Source: Chthoniobacter sp. (GTDB lineage: Bacteria > Verrucomicrobiota > Verrucomicrobiia > Chthoniobacterales > Chthoniobacteraceae). Taken from it: DNA of 64,000 bases. Location of the stretch: NCBI GenBank assembly GCA_031424395.1, contig JANPHJ010000096.1:969-64968 (forward strand). Direction: 5' to 3'. Position numbers and translations under genes: made by a program. This document shows positions 28,141-37,355 of the stretch, in pieces. Every line of letters starts with the position of its first letter. The first letter of the stretch is position 1. The notes under the pieces are model-generated. The model did no database searches. It saw only the letters and a list, made by a program, of their open reading frames with translations, and was not told the origin of the DNA.

Positions 28141-29772
28141 CTAATGCGCCGTGGCCTTCTCCGCGCCGAGACCGGTCTGGGAGCGGACGCTGAGTTCGTT
28201 GAATTTCGACTCGGCCTCAAGGTCGCGGGGCGTGAGCACGGTTCCAAAGTAGGCCGCGAGAAAGCCCAGCGGGATGCTGACGATGCCGGGATTCGCAAGC
28301 GGGAAAGGCGCGGTCTCGGCGGTGTAGAGGCCGTTTTTGCTGAGCAGGATGAGGACGATGGACGAGACGAGCCCGATGCCCAGACCGGCGACGGCGCCGG
28401 CGGTGTTGAAGCGTTTCCAGAAGATCGAGAAAAGGATGACCGGGAGATTGGCCGAGGCCGCGACCGAGAACGCGAGGCCGACGAGCATGGCGGCGTTCAC
28501 GCTGGAGCCGAGCTTGATCGCGAGGGCGATGCTGGCCGCGCCGACGACGAAGGCGGTGATGCGCGCGACGCGCACTTCCTGGCCGGGTTTGGTCTCCCGT
28601 CCGTGGTGGATCACGTTCGTGAAAAAATCGTGCGCGAAAGAAGTGCTGGCGCTCATCGTGAGACCGGCGACGACGGCGAGGATGGTGGCAAAGGCGACCG
28701 CGCTGATGAACGCGAAGAACAGCTCCCCGCCGAGGACGTGGGCGAGCACGGGCGCGACCATGTTGCCGTTGGGCAGGCCTTTGGCGTCGAGCGGGAGGTC
28801 TTTGAGTTTGAGCAGGATCGCCGCGCCGAAGCCGAAGAATGTGGTCATGATGTAGAAGACGCCAATGATCGCCGTGGCCCACACCACGCTGACCCGCGCG
28901 GTTTTCGCATCCGGCACCGTGTAGAAGCGGACGAGGATGTGCGGCAGCCCCGCGGTGCCGAGGACGAGCCCGAGCGCGAGCGAGATGAAATCCCACGCGC
29001 CCCACGGATTCTTGGCGCTGGCCCCGTAGGCCATGCCGGGGTCGAGCAGGTTCACCGGCGGTTTGGTGCCGCCGTAGGTCGCCTGGGACACGGCGTCGAA
29101 GAACGTGCCGAGGCTGAAATCGAATTTGCTCAGCACCATCCAGCTCAGCGCGAACGCGCCGCCCATGAGCAGGATCGCCTTGATAATCTGCACCCACGTC
29201 GTCGCCAGCATGCCGCCAAAGACCACGTAGATGAGCATGAGCACGCCGACGCCGATCACGGCGGGCGCAAACGGCACGCCGATCAACTGCTCGATGATTC
29301 CGCCCGCGCCGACCATTTGCGCGATCATGTAGAAAGTGGAAACGACGAGCGTGGAAAGGGCGGCCATCGCGCGCACCGGGCGGGCTTTCAGCCGGTACGC
29401 GAGCAGATCGGCCATGGTGTATTTGCCGGCGTTGCGGAGCGGTTCGGCGACGAGAAAAAGCACGGTGAGATAGGCGACGAGAAAGCCCACGGAGTACATG
29501 AAGCCGTCGTAGCCTTTGAGGCAGATGATGCCGCTAATGCCGAGAAAGCTGGCCGCGCTCATGTAGTCGCCGGCGACGGCGAGGCCGTTCTGCCAGCCTT
29601 TGATCGAGCGCCCTGCGGCAAAGTAAGCGGCGGAGCCGGTGGCTTTGCGCGCGCTGAAATACGTGATGACGAGGGTGAGCGCGACGAAGGCGAGGAACAT
29701 CCCCAAAGCCGGGGTGAAGACGAAGGCGAGCATGGGATTAGCGGCGGACGAGGCGGGCGAGGAGTTCGGCAT
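28141..29772 (-). CDS. actP: cation/acetate symporter (SSS family)
   Basis: YF.AGRSIKGWQNGLAVAGDYMSAASFLGISG closely matches the ActP signature. Multiple TM segments. The start may be the internal MLAF (29733), because 29772 overlaps the upstream gene. Confidence 0.85.
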   Translation of the reverse strand: MPNSSPASSAANPMLAFVFTPALGMFLAFVALTLVITYFSARKATGSAAYFAAGRSIKGWQNGLAVAGDYMSAASFLGISGIICLKGYDGFMYSVGFLVAYLTVLFLVAEPLRNAGKYTMADLLAYRLKARPVRAMAALSTLVVSTFYMIAQMVGAGGIIEQLIGVPFAPAVIGVGVLMLIYVVFGGMLATTWVQIIKAILLMGGAFALSWMVLSKFDFSLGTFFDAVSQATYGGTKPPVNLLDPGMAYGASAKNPWGAWDFISLALGLVLGTAGLPHILVRFYTVPDAKTARVSVVWATAIIGVFYIMTTFFGFGAAILLKLKDLPLDAKGLPNGNMVAPVLAHVLGGELFFAFISAVAFATILAVVAGLTMSASTSFAHDFFTNVIHHGRETKPGQEVRVARITAFVVGAASIALAIKLGSSVNAAMLVGLAFSVAASANLPVILFSIFWKRFNTAGAVAGLGIGLVSSIVLILLSKNGLYTAETAPFPLANPGIVSIPLGFLAAYFGTVLTPRDLEAESKFNELSVRSQTGLGAEKATAH

Positions 29773-30157
29773 TCATCACGTCCCAGCGGCGGGCCGCGCG
29801 GACGTAGAGCGCGCAGAGCGTCCACGTCATCAGGAACTGCGAAAGGGCGAACAGGTAGGCGATGTTCACCTTGCCCCAGACGGGGGTTTTCATGAGCGTG
29901 GGGTAGAAGCCGACCAGGATCGGAAGGGTCATGTAATAGATAAAAAAGAAGATCGTGGCCGGAATGATGAAGCGGCGTTTCGCGGCCTTGAGCGCGGCGA
30001 AGCCGGGGTCGTTGGCGATGAGATTCCAGTCGAAACGAGTCCCGTCCTCGCCCGCCGTTTTTTCGTGATCCGGCTTCGGGCCGCGGCGGCCGAGTGGGGC
30101 TACGTCGGTGGGTGCGCCGGACTCCGGCGTGAAATCTTGAGGGTCGGGAGAACTCAT
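29738..30157 (-). CDS. yjcH: DUF485 (YjcH-like) small membrane protein
   Basis: Two TM segments (IIPATIFFFIYYMTLPILVGF, IAYLFALSQFLMTWTLCALY), immediately upstream of actP as in yjcH-actP operons. Confidence 0.75.
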   Translation of the reverse strand: MSSPDPQDFTPESGAPTDVAPLGRRGPKPDHEKTAGEDGTRFDWNLIANDPGFAALKAAKRRFIIPATIFFFIYYMTLPILVGFYPTLMKTPVWGKVNIAYLFALSQFLMTWTLCALYVRAARRWDVMNAELLARLVRR

Positions 30158-30218
30158 GGGCGGCGACGCTACCGGCGCGTTTTCCGGGTGTCGAGTGCGG
30201 CGCGCACGGGCCCGCGAA

Positions 30219-30776
30219 TCACCCGCGCGTGCTGAGGTGCTGCTCGATCTCAGCGAGGATTTGGACGGTGGCGTCGCGGTCGTATTTGTAGTCGTCCAGC
30301 TCGAACTCGCCCTTCCGGCCCTCGATCTCGAAGCGCACCGTCGCCAGCCCCTTCCCCTCCCACTTTTTCTTCCCCACGCCGGTGAGCGCGGAAAACGGCA
30401 CGCGCGTGCCCGCGGGCGTATGCACGGCGTCGGCGTCGGTCTTTACCACCCGGCCTTTTTGGATCGCCCAGTAGGCCAGCGTAATTACGCCGAGCAGCGC
30501 GGCGAGCCCGCCAAAGGCAAACTGCCCGACGATGTCCTCGTGCGTGAGCAGCTTGTGCTCCGGCGTGGCGCTCCAGCCGCGGCTTTTCGCATAGTCGGGC
30601 CACTCGGAGGCGCGGTCTTCAGTCTTGAATTTTTCATATTCCCGCCAGCGCTCGTTCTTTTTCGGATAGCCGATTTGGCCGTCGTAGAAAAACCATCCGC
30701 CAATCGCCAGCAAGAAGACGGCGACGAAGAGTTTCTGCTTTTTCCAAATGGGTGTGACGCGGGCTTCAGCGGGCAT
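30219..30776 (-). CDS. hypothetical two-TM membrane protein
   Basis: The start at MPAEARV (30776) gives two TM segments (LFVAVFLLAIGGWFF, FAFGGLAALLGVITLAYW) and a soluble C-terminal domain. Good GC3 bias. No family recognised. Confidence 0.55.
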   Translation of the reverse strand: MPAEARVTPIWKKQKLFVAVFLLAIGGWFFYDGQIGYPKKNERWREYEKFKTEDRASEWPDYAKSRGWSATPEHKLLTHEDIVGQFAFGGLAALLGVITLAYWAIQKGRVVKTDADAVHTPAGTRVPFSALTGVGKKKWEGKGLATVRFEIEGRKGEFELDDYKYDRDATVQILAEIEQHLSTRG

Positions 30777-30929
30777 GGCGCGGGAGTTTCGGGATGAAGG
30801 TGAAAAGTGACGAGGGAAAAATGTGCGCGCTCGCTGACGGTCGGCCATTCAAAAATCCCGCCGTCACTCTAAACGCAGCCATTGGAGGCTTTGCGATAAT
30901 GGCGGAATGAAGAACCGCTGACTGTAAAT

Positions 30930-31123
30930 GGGCGGAGGCGGCAGGACTTCGGGTGGAGCACTCGACCCGAGTGCTGCGCCCGGCGACCCGCCGGGGGCAT
31001 TGAGTGAGCACAGCTTTGGCACATGAAGTCTCCGTAGTGGACGCATAGCGTCACGTTCGCGGCGGGTCGCCGAGAACAGCACTCGGGTCGAGTGCTCCAC
31101 CCGGCAACCCGCCGCCTCCGCCC
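30930..31123. repeat. 194-bp MITE-like inverted repeat (about 64-nt arms, 66-nt centre)
   Basis: 30930-30993 matches the reverse complement of 31060-31123. The identical blocks are GGGCGGAGGCGGC, GGGTGGAGCACTCGACCCGAGTGCTG and CGGCGACCCGCCG. Each arm also contains its own palindrome, AGCACTCG-ACC-CGAGTGCT. Confidence 0.8.
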
Positions 31124-31185
31124 TTTTCTATCTGCGATCCTTCACTGCGTTTCTCCTCCCCCCTTCGCCCACGGCCAAACTCCGT

Positions 31186-32271
31186 TCAGGATGACGGCGT
31201 GGGTTGAATCGCTTCCCGCCCGCGGATGCGCGCCACGGCCCACGCGGCGTGCTCGGCGATGAGCGGCTCGGGGTCTTGCGCGGCGCGCTCGAGCGCGGGC
31301 AGGTCGGCCGCGGTGCCGGTGTTGCCGAGGGCTACGCAGACGTTGCGGAGAAAGCCGCGGCGTTTGATGCGCTTGATGGGCGACTTTTTGAACAGCGCGC
31401 GGAAGCCGTCGTCGTCGAGCGCGAGGAAATCGCGGAGCGTCCAGCGGTGGACGAATTCGCGCGCGGCGAAGGCGGTCTCGGTCGCGGCTTGCGCGAAGCG
31501 GTTCCACGGGCAGGCGGCGGCGCAGTCGTCGCAGCCGTAGATGCGGTCGCCGAGGAGCGGGCGCAGCGCCTCGGGGATGCTGCCTTTCAGCTCGATGGTG
31601 AGGTAGGAAATGCAGCGCCGCGCATCGAGCTGGTGCGGCGCGGTGATCGCGCCGGTGGGGCAGGCGGTGATGCAGCGCGTGCATTTGCCGCAGCGGTCGG
31701 GCAGCGGCGCGTCGGGCGCGAGGTCGAGGGTGGTCAGGATTTCGGCGAGGAAAAACCACGCGCCGAGCTGCGGGTGGATGAGCATGGTGGACTTGCCGTG
31801 CCAGCCCGCGCCGGCGAGCGCGGCGAAATCGCGCTCGAGCATCGGGCCGGTGTCCACGTAGCAGCGCTGGCGTCCGCCGCGCGCGGTGAGCCAGGCGTCG
31901 AGCGTGCGGAGCTTGGCGTCGATGATGTCGTGGTAGTCGTCGCCCCAGGCGTAGCGGGCGATTTGAAAAGGCGAAGGGCGAAAGGCGAAAGGCGATGGCG
32001 GCTGATCGGGCGAAAACCCATCGCCTTTCGCCTTTCGCCTTTCGCCTTGCCAGTAACTCATCGCCAGCACCACCACGTTCCGCGCGCCGGGCAGCACTTG
32101 CTGCGGATCGGTGCGGCGGTCGGCGTTGCGGGCGAGCCAGGCCATGTCGCCCGCGCGGCCGTCATCGAGCCACGCGCGGAACTCCGCGGCGTGCGGCGGG
32201 GCCACGCACGGGGCGATGCGGCAGAGCGCGAAGCCGAGGCTTTCGGCCTGCGCGATGAGTTCCGTTTTCAC
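31186..32271 (-). CDS. queG: epoxyqueuosine reductase
   Basis: Motifs YAWGDDYHD, CGKCTRCITACPTGAI, ARRCISYLTIELKGSIP and YGCDDCAAACPWNRFA. The GTG start overlaps the aroK stop (GTGA). The track ORF 31186..32865 is an artefactual upstream extension. Confidence 0.85.
   Translation of the reverse strand: MKTELIAQAESLGFALCRIAPCVAPPHAAEFRAWLDDGRAGDMAWLARNADRRTDPQQVLPGARNVVVLAMSYWQGERRKAKGDGFSPDQPPSPFAFRPSPFQIARYAWGDDYHDIIDAKLRTLDAWLTARGGRQRCYVDTGPMLERDFAALAGAGWHGKSTMLIHPQLGAWFFLAEILTTLDLAPDAPLPDRCGKCTRCITACPTGAITAPHQLDARRCISYLTIELKGSIPEALRPLLGDRIYGCDDCAAACPWNRFAQAATETAFAAREFVHRWTLRDFLALDDDGFRALFKKSPIKRIKRRGFLRNVCVALGNTGTAADLPALERAAQDPEPLIAEHAAWAVARIRGREAIQPTPSS
31968..32048. repeat. hairpin repeat element F (GGCGAAA heptamers) inside queG, in frame
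   Basis: 31-nt arms with 1 mismatch and a 19-nt loop. 81 nt = 27 codons. Confidence 0.9.
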
Positions 32272-32810
32272 CCCGCAGTATCCCACGAAAAAGCGCGCCG
32301 CGCCGCGACCATCACCGCTTCCGCCGCCTGCGCGTGGGTGAGGGTGGTGGTGTCGAGGGTGAGCTGCGCGGCGGCTTCGTACAAAGGCCGGCGCGCGGCG
32401 AGGAGTTGCGTGACGGTGGCGCGCGGGTCGGCGGTGTGGAGGAGCGGGCGCTTGGTGTTGCGCGAGACGCGCTGGTAGATCACGTCCTCGCTCGCGGTCA
32501 GCCACACGGTGAAGCCGAGCCCGCGGAGCAGCGCGCGGTTTTCCTCCCGCAGGATGACGCCGCCGCCGGTCGAGATGACGCAGCGGTCGCGCGTGCCGAG
32601 GGATTCGAGCACGGACTTTTCCATGTCGCGAAAACGCGCCTCGCCATCGCGCGCGAAAATCTCCGCGATCTCGCGTCCGTCGCGCGCGACGAGCAGCGTG
32701 TCGGTATCCACAAACTGAAAGCCCAGCCGCCCCGCGACGAGCCGGCCGATGGACGACTTGCCGCTGCCCATAAAGCCGATGAGGACGATATTGGTGCGCG
32801 GGACGAACAT
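32268..32810 (-). CDS. aroK: shikimate kinase
   Basis: [16 protein letters not shown] (Walker A), D.D and STGGG motifs. Start at MFVPRTN (32810). Confidence 0.9.
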   Translation of the reverse strand: MFVPRTNIVLIGFMGSGKSSIGRLVAGRLGFQFVDTDTLLVARDGREIAEIFARDGEARFRDMEKSVLESLGTRDRCVISTGGGVILREENRALLRGLGFTVWLTASEDVIYQRVSRNTKRPLLHTADPRATVTQLLAARRPLYEAAAQLTLDTTTLTHAQAAEAVMVAARRAFSWDTAG

Positions 32811-32832
32811 GGGGGGAGAGTGCGGAGTGAGG

Positions 32833-32886
32833 GTGAAAGTGGAAAGTGGGAAACGCGCGGCGCACTTTCCACTTCCCCTTTCCACG
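32833..32886. repeat. hairpin repeat element E (GTGGAAA-type heptamers)
   Basis: GTGAAAGTGGAAAGTGGGAAA ... CTTTCCACTTCCCCTTTCCAC, with the core stem AGTGGAAAG/CTTTCCACT. Lies in the aroK/purE divergent spacer. The unit type is related to element D. Confidence 0.6.
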
Positions 32887-32910
32887 CCGCGCCTTTCCTA
32901 TACGCGGCTT

Positions 32911-33402
32911 ATGAAATCACCCGCGCCCCTTGTGGCCGTCGTCATGGGTAGCAAATCGGACTGGGACACGATGCGTTGCGCCGTGGAGATGCTGGAGAAA
33001 TTCCATATTCCGCACGAGGCGAGGATCGTTTCCGCGCACCGGACGCCGGCGCTGCTCACGGAGTTCGCCACGGGCGCGGCGGAGCGGGGCGTGCAGGTCA
33101 TCATCGCGGGCGCGGGGGGGGCGGCACATCTGCCGGGGATGATCGCGGCGCAGACGGCGCTGCCGGTGCTCGGCGTGCCGGTGGAGTCGAAGACTTTGCG
33201 CGGGCTGGACTCGCTGCTGTCCATCGTGCAGATGCCGGGCGGCGTGCCGGTCGGGACACTGGCCATCGGTGCGGCGGGGGCGAAAAACGCGGGGTTGTTT
33301 GCGGTCAGCATTTTGGCGCTGAAGAATGAGACGATCCGTTTTGCGCTGGAAGAATTCCGCGCGCAGCAGACGGCTGACGTGCTGGCGCAGACACTCGAAT
33401 GA
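32911..33402 (+). CDS. purE: N5-carboxyaminoimidazole ribonucleotide mutase
   Basis: [17 protein letters not shown] and [10 protein letters not shown] signatures. Confidence 0.9.
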   Translation: MKSPAPLVAVVMGSKSDWDTMRCAVEMLEKFHIPHEARIVSAHRTPALLTEFATGAAERGVQVIIAGAGGAAHLPGMIAAQTALPVLGVPVESKTLRGLDSLLSIVQMPGGVPVGTLAIGAAGAKNAGLFAVSILALKNETIRFALEEFRAQQTADVLAQTLE

Positions 33403-34553
33403 GCGGGCCGCGCGTCTTTCTTCCGGGCAGCACGATTGGCGTAATGGGCGGCGGGCAGCTCGGGCGGATGTTTGCCATCGCGGCGCGACGCATGGGCTAC
33501 CGCGTGCATACTTTTTCGCCGGACGAAGACACGCCGACCGGCCAGCTCGCCGACCGCGAAGTGGCGGCGCGCTACGACGACGCGGCGGCGGTGCGCGACT
33601 TTGCGCGTGGGGTGGATGTGCTCACCTTCGAGTTTGAAAACATCCCCGTGCAGACGGTCCAGTGGGCGGCGGAATTTTGCGAAGTCCGCCCCGCGGCGAG
33701 CGCGCTGCACATCTGCCAGCACCGGCTGCGGGAGAAGGAATTCCTCGACCAGGCGGGCGTGCCGCTGCCGGGTTTCAAGGCGGTCGCGAGTGCTGGTGAA
33801 CTGGCTGCAGCGGTCGCGGAGATCGGTCTGCCGGCGGTGCTGAAGACGGCGGCGTTTGGTTACGACGGCAAGGGCCAGCGGAAGATCGCGCCGGGCGATA
33901 ATCTGGTGGAAGCGTGGGCGCCATTCGCCGGAACGGGCGCGGTGCTGGAGCAGTTCGTGCGGTTCGAAAAAGAGATCTCCGTGCTCGTGGCGCGCGGCGC
34001 GGATGGCGGCACGGCGACGTATCCGGTGTGCGAGAACGTGCATCGGAATCACATCCTCGATGTGACCATCGTGCCCGCGAATATCTCGCCCAAGGCGGCC
34101 GCAAAGGCGCGGGCTCTGGCGGTCAGCATTGCGGAAAAACTGGAGCTTGTCGGGCTGCTCGCAGTCGAGATGTTTCTGCTCGCGGACGGCTCGATCCTCG
34201 TCAACGAACTCGCGCCGCGTCCACACAACAGCGGGCACTTTTCTTTCGACGCGAGCGTGACGAGCCAGTTCGAGCAGCAGCTCCGCGCGGTGTGCGGACT
34301 GCCGCTCGGCGACACCGCTTCGCTCCGCCCGGCGGCGATGGTGAATCTGCTTGGTGACCTGTGGGCGGAGGGCGAGCCCGACTGGGCCGCAGTGCTCGCG
34401 ATGCCTGCGGTGAAGCTGCACCTTTACGGCAAAGCCGAGCCGCGCGCGGGACGGAAGATGGGGCATCTCACCGCTTTTGGCGCGACCACGCAGCTCGCCG
34501 CCGACCGGGCACTCGCAGCGCGTGAGGCGCTGCGCGGCAGCCTCGGCAAATGA
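33399..34553 (+). CDS. purK: N5-carboxyaminoimidazole ribonucleotide synthase (ATP-grasp)
   Basis: [11 protein letters not shown], and a PurK-like ATP-grasp core (LKT...[16 protein letters not shown]). ATGA overlap with purE. Confidence 0.9.
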   Translation: MSGPRVFLPGSTIGVMGGGQLGRMFAIAARRMGYRVHTFSPDEDTPTGQLADREVAARYDDAAAVRDFARGVDVLTFEFENIPVQTVQWAAEFCEVRPAASALHICQHRLREKEFLDQAGVPLPGFKAVASAGELAAAVAEIGLPAVLKTAAFGYDGKGQRKIAPGDNLVEAWAPFAGTGAVLEQFVRFEKEISVLVARGADGGTATYPVCENVHRNHILDVTIVPANISPKAAAKARALAVSIAEKLELVGLLAVEMFLLADGSILVNELAPRPHNSGHFSFDASVTSQFEQQLRAVCGLPLGDTASLRPAAMVNLLGDLWAEGEPDWAAVLAMPAVKLHLYGKAEPRAGRKMGHLTAFGATTQLAADRALAAREALRGSLGK

Positions 34554-35629
34554 TTCTCAGCGACCGGCCCGCTATGGAAACCCTGCTTCTGCCCACCAAT
34601 GCGCCCGCGCTTTTCGACGCGGCGGTGGCCCGCGCGGCGGCGGTGCTGGCGACGGGTGACCCGGTGGCGCTGCCGACGGAAACGGTCTACGGGCTGGCCG
34701 CTGATGCGCTGCGGCCCGAGGCAGTGGTGAAAATTTTCGAGGCGAAGGAGCGGCCGTTTTTCGACCCGCTGATCGTACATTTGCCGAACCGTGTGTGGCT
34801 GGAAAAGCTCGCGGATATTCCGACGGAAAGCGCAACGCTGGTCGCGGCGCTCATCGAGCGGTTCTGGCCGGGGCCGCTGACGCTGGTGCTGCCGCGGCAC
34901 GCGGTGGTGCCGGATCTGGTGACGGCGGGCCTCGGCACCGTGGCTGTGCGGATGAGCGCGCATCCGGTTTTCCGCGCGGTGATCGAGCGTTTCGGCCGCC
35001 CGCTGGCTGCACCGAGCGCGAACCGCTTTGGCCGCATCAGCCCGACGACCGGCGCGCATGTGCATACGGAACTCGCGGGGCGCATCCCGCTGATCCTCGA
35101 CGGCGGGGCGAGCCAGCATGGCGTGGAGAGCACCATCGTGGCGGTGGAAAGCGGCCGGCTGCGGATGTTGCGCGCCGGCCCGGTCACGGCGCACGACCTC
35201 GCGGAGGTGTGGATGGAAAACCGCACCGCGCCGGAAGGCGTGACGCAGGAGGACATGCGCGCATTTTTCGCCACGCTCACCCCTGCGGCGGGCGCACACC
35301 CGGAAGCGCCCGGCCAGCTCGCCAGCCACTACGCGCCGGGCACGCGGCTTTTCCTCATCGACCACGCCACGGAGCTGACGCCGGGCAGCGGCGTGCGCGC
35401 GGGACTGCTCGCATGGAAGCGCGCGGCGGGCCACGACTACGGGCGCTTTGCGCAGGTGGAGTGGCTGAGCGAAAAGGGCGACCTGCGCGCGGCGGCGGCG
35501 GGGCTTTTTGCCAAGCTGCGGCGGCTGGATGAAGCGGGGCTCGACGTGATTCTCGCCGAGCGGCTGCCGGACACCGGGCTCGGCGCGGCGATCATGGACC
35601 GGCTGCGCAAGGCGGCGCATCCGAAGTAA
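34550..35629 (+). CDS. tsaC: L-threonylcarbamoyladenylate synthase (Sua5/YwlC type, with C-terminal Sua5 domain)
   Basis: LPTETVYGLAADA, KERP..DPLIVH and SAN.FG..SPT motifs. ATGA overlap with purK. Confidence 0.85.
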   Translation: MILSDRPAMETLLLPTNAPALFDAAVARAAAVLATGDPVALPTETVYGLAADALRPEAVVKIFEAKERPFFDPLIVHLPNRVWLEKLADIPTESATLVAALIERFWPGPLTLVLPRHAVVPDLVTAGLGTVAVRMSAHPVFRAVIERFGRPLAAPSANRFGRISPTTGAHVHTELAGRIPLILDGGASQHGVESTIVAVESGRLRMLRAGPVTAHDLAEVWMENRTAPEGVTQEDMRAFFATLTPAAGAHPEAPGQLASHYAPGTRLFLIDHATELTPGSGVRAGLLAWKRAAGHDYGRFAQVEWLSEKGDLRAAAAGLFAKLRRLDEAGLDVILAERLPDTGLGAAIMDRLRKAAHPK

Positions 35630-35633
35630 CGCG

Positions 35634-37268
35634 ATGGCCGCCGCACCGAACAAAATCAGCACGAAGTCCGCCGGGCTCGTGAGCCTCGCGGTGATGTGCA
35701 GCCGGCTGCTTGGGCTGGTGCGCGAGCAGGTTTTCGCCGCGCTGTTTGGCGCGAGCGCGGGGATGGACGCGTTCATTGCAGCGTTCCGCGCGCCGAATTT
35801 GCTGCGCGATCTTTTCGCCGAGGGCGCGCTCTCGACGGCGTTCATCACGACGTTTTCAGAAAAGATCACGACCGGCGGCGACCAGGAGGCGTGGCGGCTG
35901 GCGAACAAGGTGGCGACGCTGACGGCGGTCTTCATGTCGGCGGTGACGCTGCTCGGCATCGCGCTCGCGCCGCAGCTCATGCATGTGCTGGCGGCGGGCT
36001 TTGCCGACGATCCGTGGAAGATGGACACGGCGATTTTGCTGACGCGGATCATGTTTCCGTTCATCGCGCTCGTGTCGCTGGCCGCGCTGGTCATGGGGAT
36101 GCTGAATGCGAAAAACGTCTTCGGCATGCCGGCGATGGCCTCCACGTTTTTCAACATCGGCTCGATCATCGGCGGCGTGACGCTCGGGTGGTTTCTCGAT
36201 CCGGCGTTTGGCACAACGCACTACGGCACCGGCTCGCTGATCGGCCTCGCCATCGGCACGCTGATCGGCGGGACGATGCAACTTGTGGTGCAGTTCCCCG
36301 CGCTGCGGCGGGTGGGCTTTCATTTCCGACCGGACTTTGCCTGGCGCGATCCGGGCGTGCGGCGCATCCTTTTGCTAATGGGGCCGGCGGTGATCGCGGC
36401 GAGTGCGGTGCAGGTGAATGTGATGGTCAATGGCAACTTCGCGTCGCATCTCGGCGACGGCGCGGTGAGCTGGCTGAACTACGCCTTCCGGCTGATGCAG
36501 CTCCCCATCGGCATTTTCGGCGTAGCCATCGGCACGGTCACGCTGCCGGTGATTTCGCGCAGCGCGGCGGCGGGGAACACCGCGGAGTTCCGCTCGATTT
36601 TGGCGAAAGGAATGCGCCTCGCTTTCGTGCTGACCATCCCGAGCACCATCGGGCTGATGGTGCTGGCGCGGCCGATCATCGGGCTGATTTATGAGCGGCG
36701 GAAATTCACGGCGCTCGACACGCTGCACGCCGCGGAGGCGCTCCAGTTCTACGCCGTGGGGCTGTGCGCCTACGCGGGGATCAAGGTGCTGGCGCCCGCT
36801 TTCTACGCGCTGGGCAAGCGGAACACGCCGATGCTGGTGAGCTTCCTGTCCATCGCGGTGAACTACGGGCTGAACCAGTGGTTCACCTTTCATCTCGGCT
36901 GGGGGCACCGCGGCCTGGCGTTCTCGACGGGGCTGGTGGCGCTGACGAATTTCGCGCTCCTCTACGCGCTCATGCACCGCCATGTGCAGCGGCTCGAGAC
37001 GAGACAAATGGCAGCGACGCTGGCGAAACTGACCGTCGCCGGCGCGGCGCTCGGGGCGGTATGCTGGGCGGCGATGCGGTGGGCGCTGCCGGCGGCGGCG
37101 CACGCGGTTTTGGTCGTCAAGGCGGCGGCGCTGTTCACAACGATCGGCGTGGCGGGCGCGGCGTTTTTCGCCGTGGCGTTTCTGCTGCGGATCGAGGAGC
37201 TGGACGACGTGGCAGCGCTGGCGAAACGGAAATTGGGGCGCTTCGTGAAAGCCACGCCGTCCGCGTGA
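35634..37268 (+). CDS. murJ: lipid II flippase MurJ
   Basis: SRLLGLVRE.VFAALFGAS...DAF..AFR.PNLLRDLFAEGALS.AFI is the MurJ N-terminal signature. About 14 TM segments. Confidence 0.9.
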   Translation: MAAAPNKISTKSAGLVSLAVMCSRLLGLVREQVFAALFGASAGMDAFIAAFRAPNLLRDLFAEGALSTAFITTFSEKITTGGDQEAWRLANKVATLTAVFMSAVTLLGIALAPQLMHVLAAGFADDPWKMDTAILLTRIMFPFIALVSLAALVMGMLNAKNVFGMPAMASTFFNIGSIIGGVTLGWFLDPAFGTTHYGTGSLIGLAIGTLIGGTMQLVVQFPALRRVGFHFRPDFAWRDPGVRRILLLMGPAVIAASAVQVNVMVNGNFASHLGDGAVSWLNYAFRLMQLPIGIFGVAIGTVTLPVISRSAAAGNTAEFRSILAKGMRLAFVLTIPSTIGLMVLARPIIGLIYERRKFTALDTLHAAEALQFYAVGLCAYAGIKVLAPAFYALGKRNTPMLVSFLSIAVNYGLNQWFTFHLGWGHRGLAFSTGLVALTNFALLYALMHRHVQRLETRQMAATLAKLTVAGAALGAVCWAAMRWALPAAAHAVLVVKAAALFTTIGVAGAAFFAVAFLLRIEELDDVAALAKRKLGRFVKATPSA

Positions 37269-37300
37269 ACGGAGCGGTGCGGCGCCTGGGCTGAAACCAA

Positions 37301-37329
37301 AAGGGCGATCCGAAAATCGGATCGCCCTT
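37301..37329. terminator. bidirectional stem-loop between the convergent genes murJ and DUF1080
   Basis: AAGGGCGATCCG-AAAAT-CGGATCGCCCTT is a perfect 12-bp stem, with a T-run on the minus-strand side and GGCGTTTT on the plus side. Confidence 0.7.
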
Positions 37330-37355
37330 GGCGTTTTGAAGGTTGCGGGCGCGGT

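Noticed and set aside
30777-31185. A gene-free 409-nt gap considered as a tRNA, tmRNA, SRP or 6S RNA locus.
   Set aside because: I could find no tRNA cloverleaf or T-loop (GTTCGAATC-like) motif. The long imperfect helix superficially resembles 6S RNA, but its arms share a 16-nt core with a second element at 49081. That argues for a dispersed repeat rather than a unique RNA gene. I cannot fully exclude an RNA gene without covariance-model scans.
31186-32865. The 559-aa track ORF suggesting a fused AroK-QueG-like protein.
   Set aside because: The N-terminal ~200 aa of that frame are R/P/H/A-rich junk that overlaps the genuine aroK gene in another frame. QueG homology begins at the GTG at 32271.
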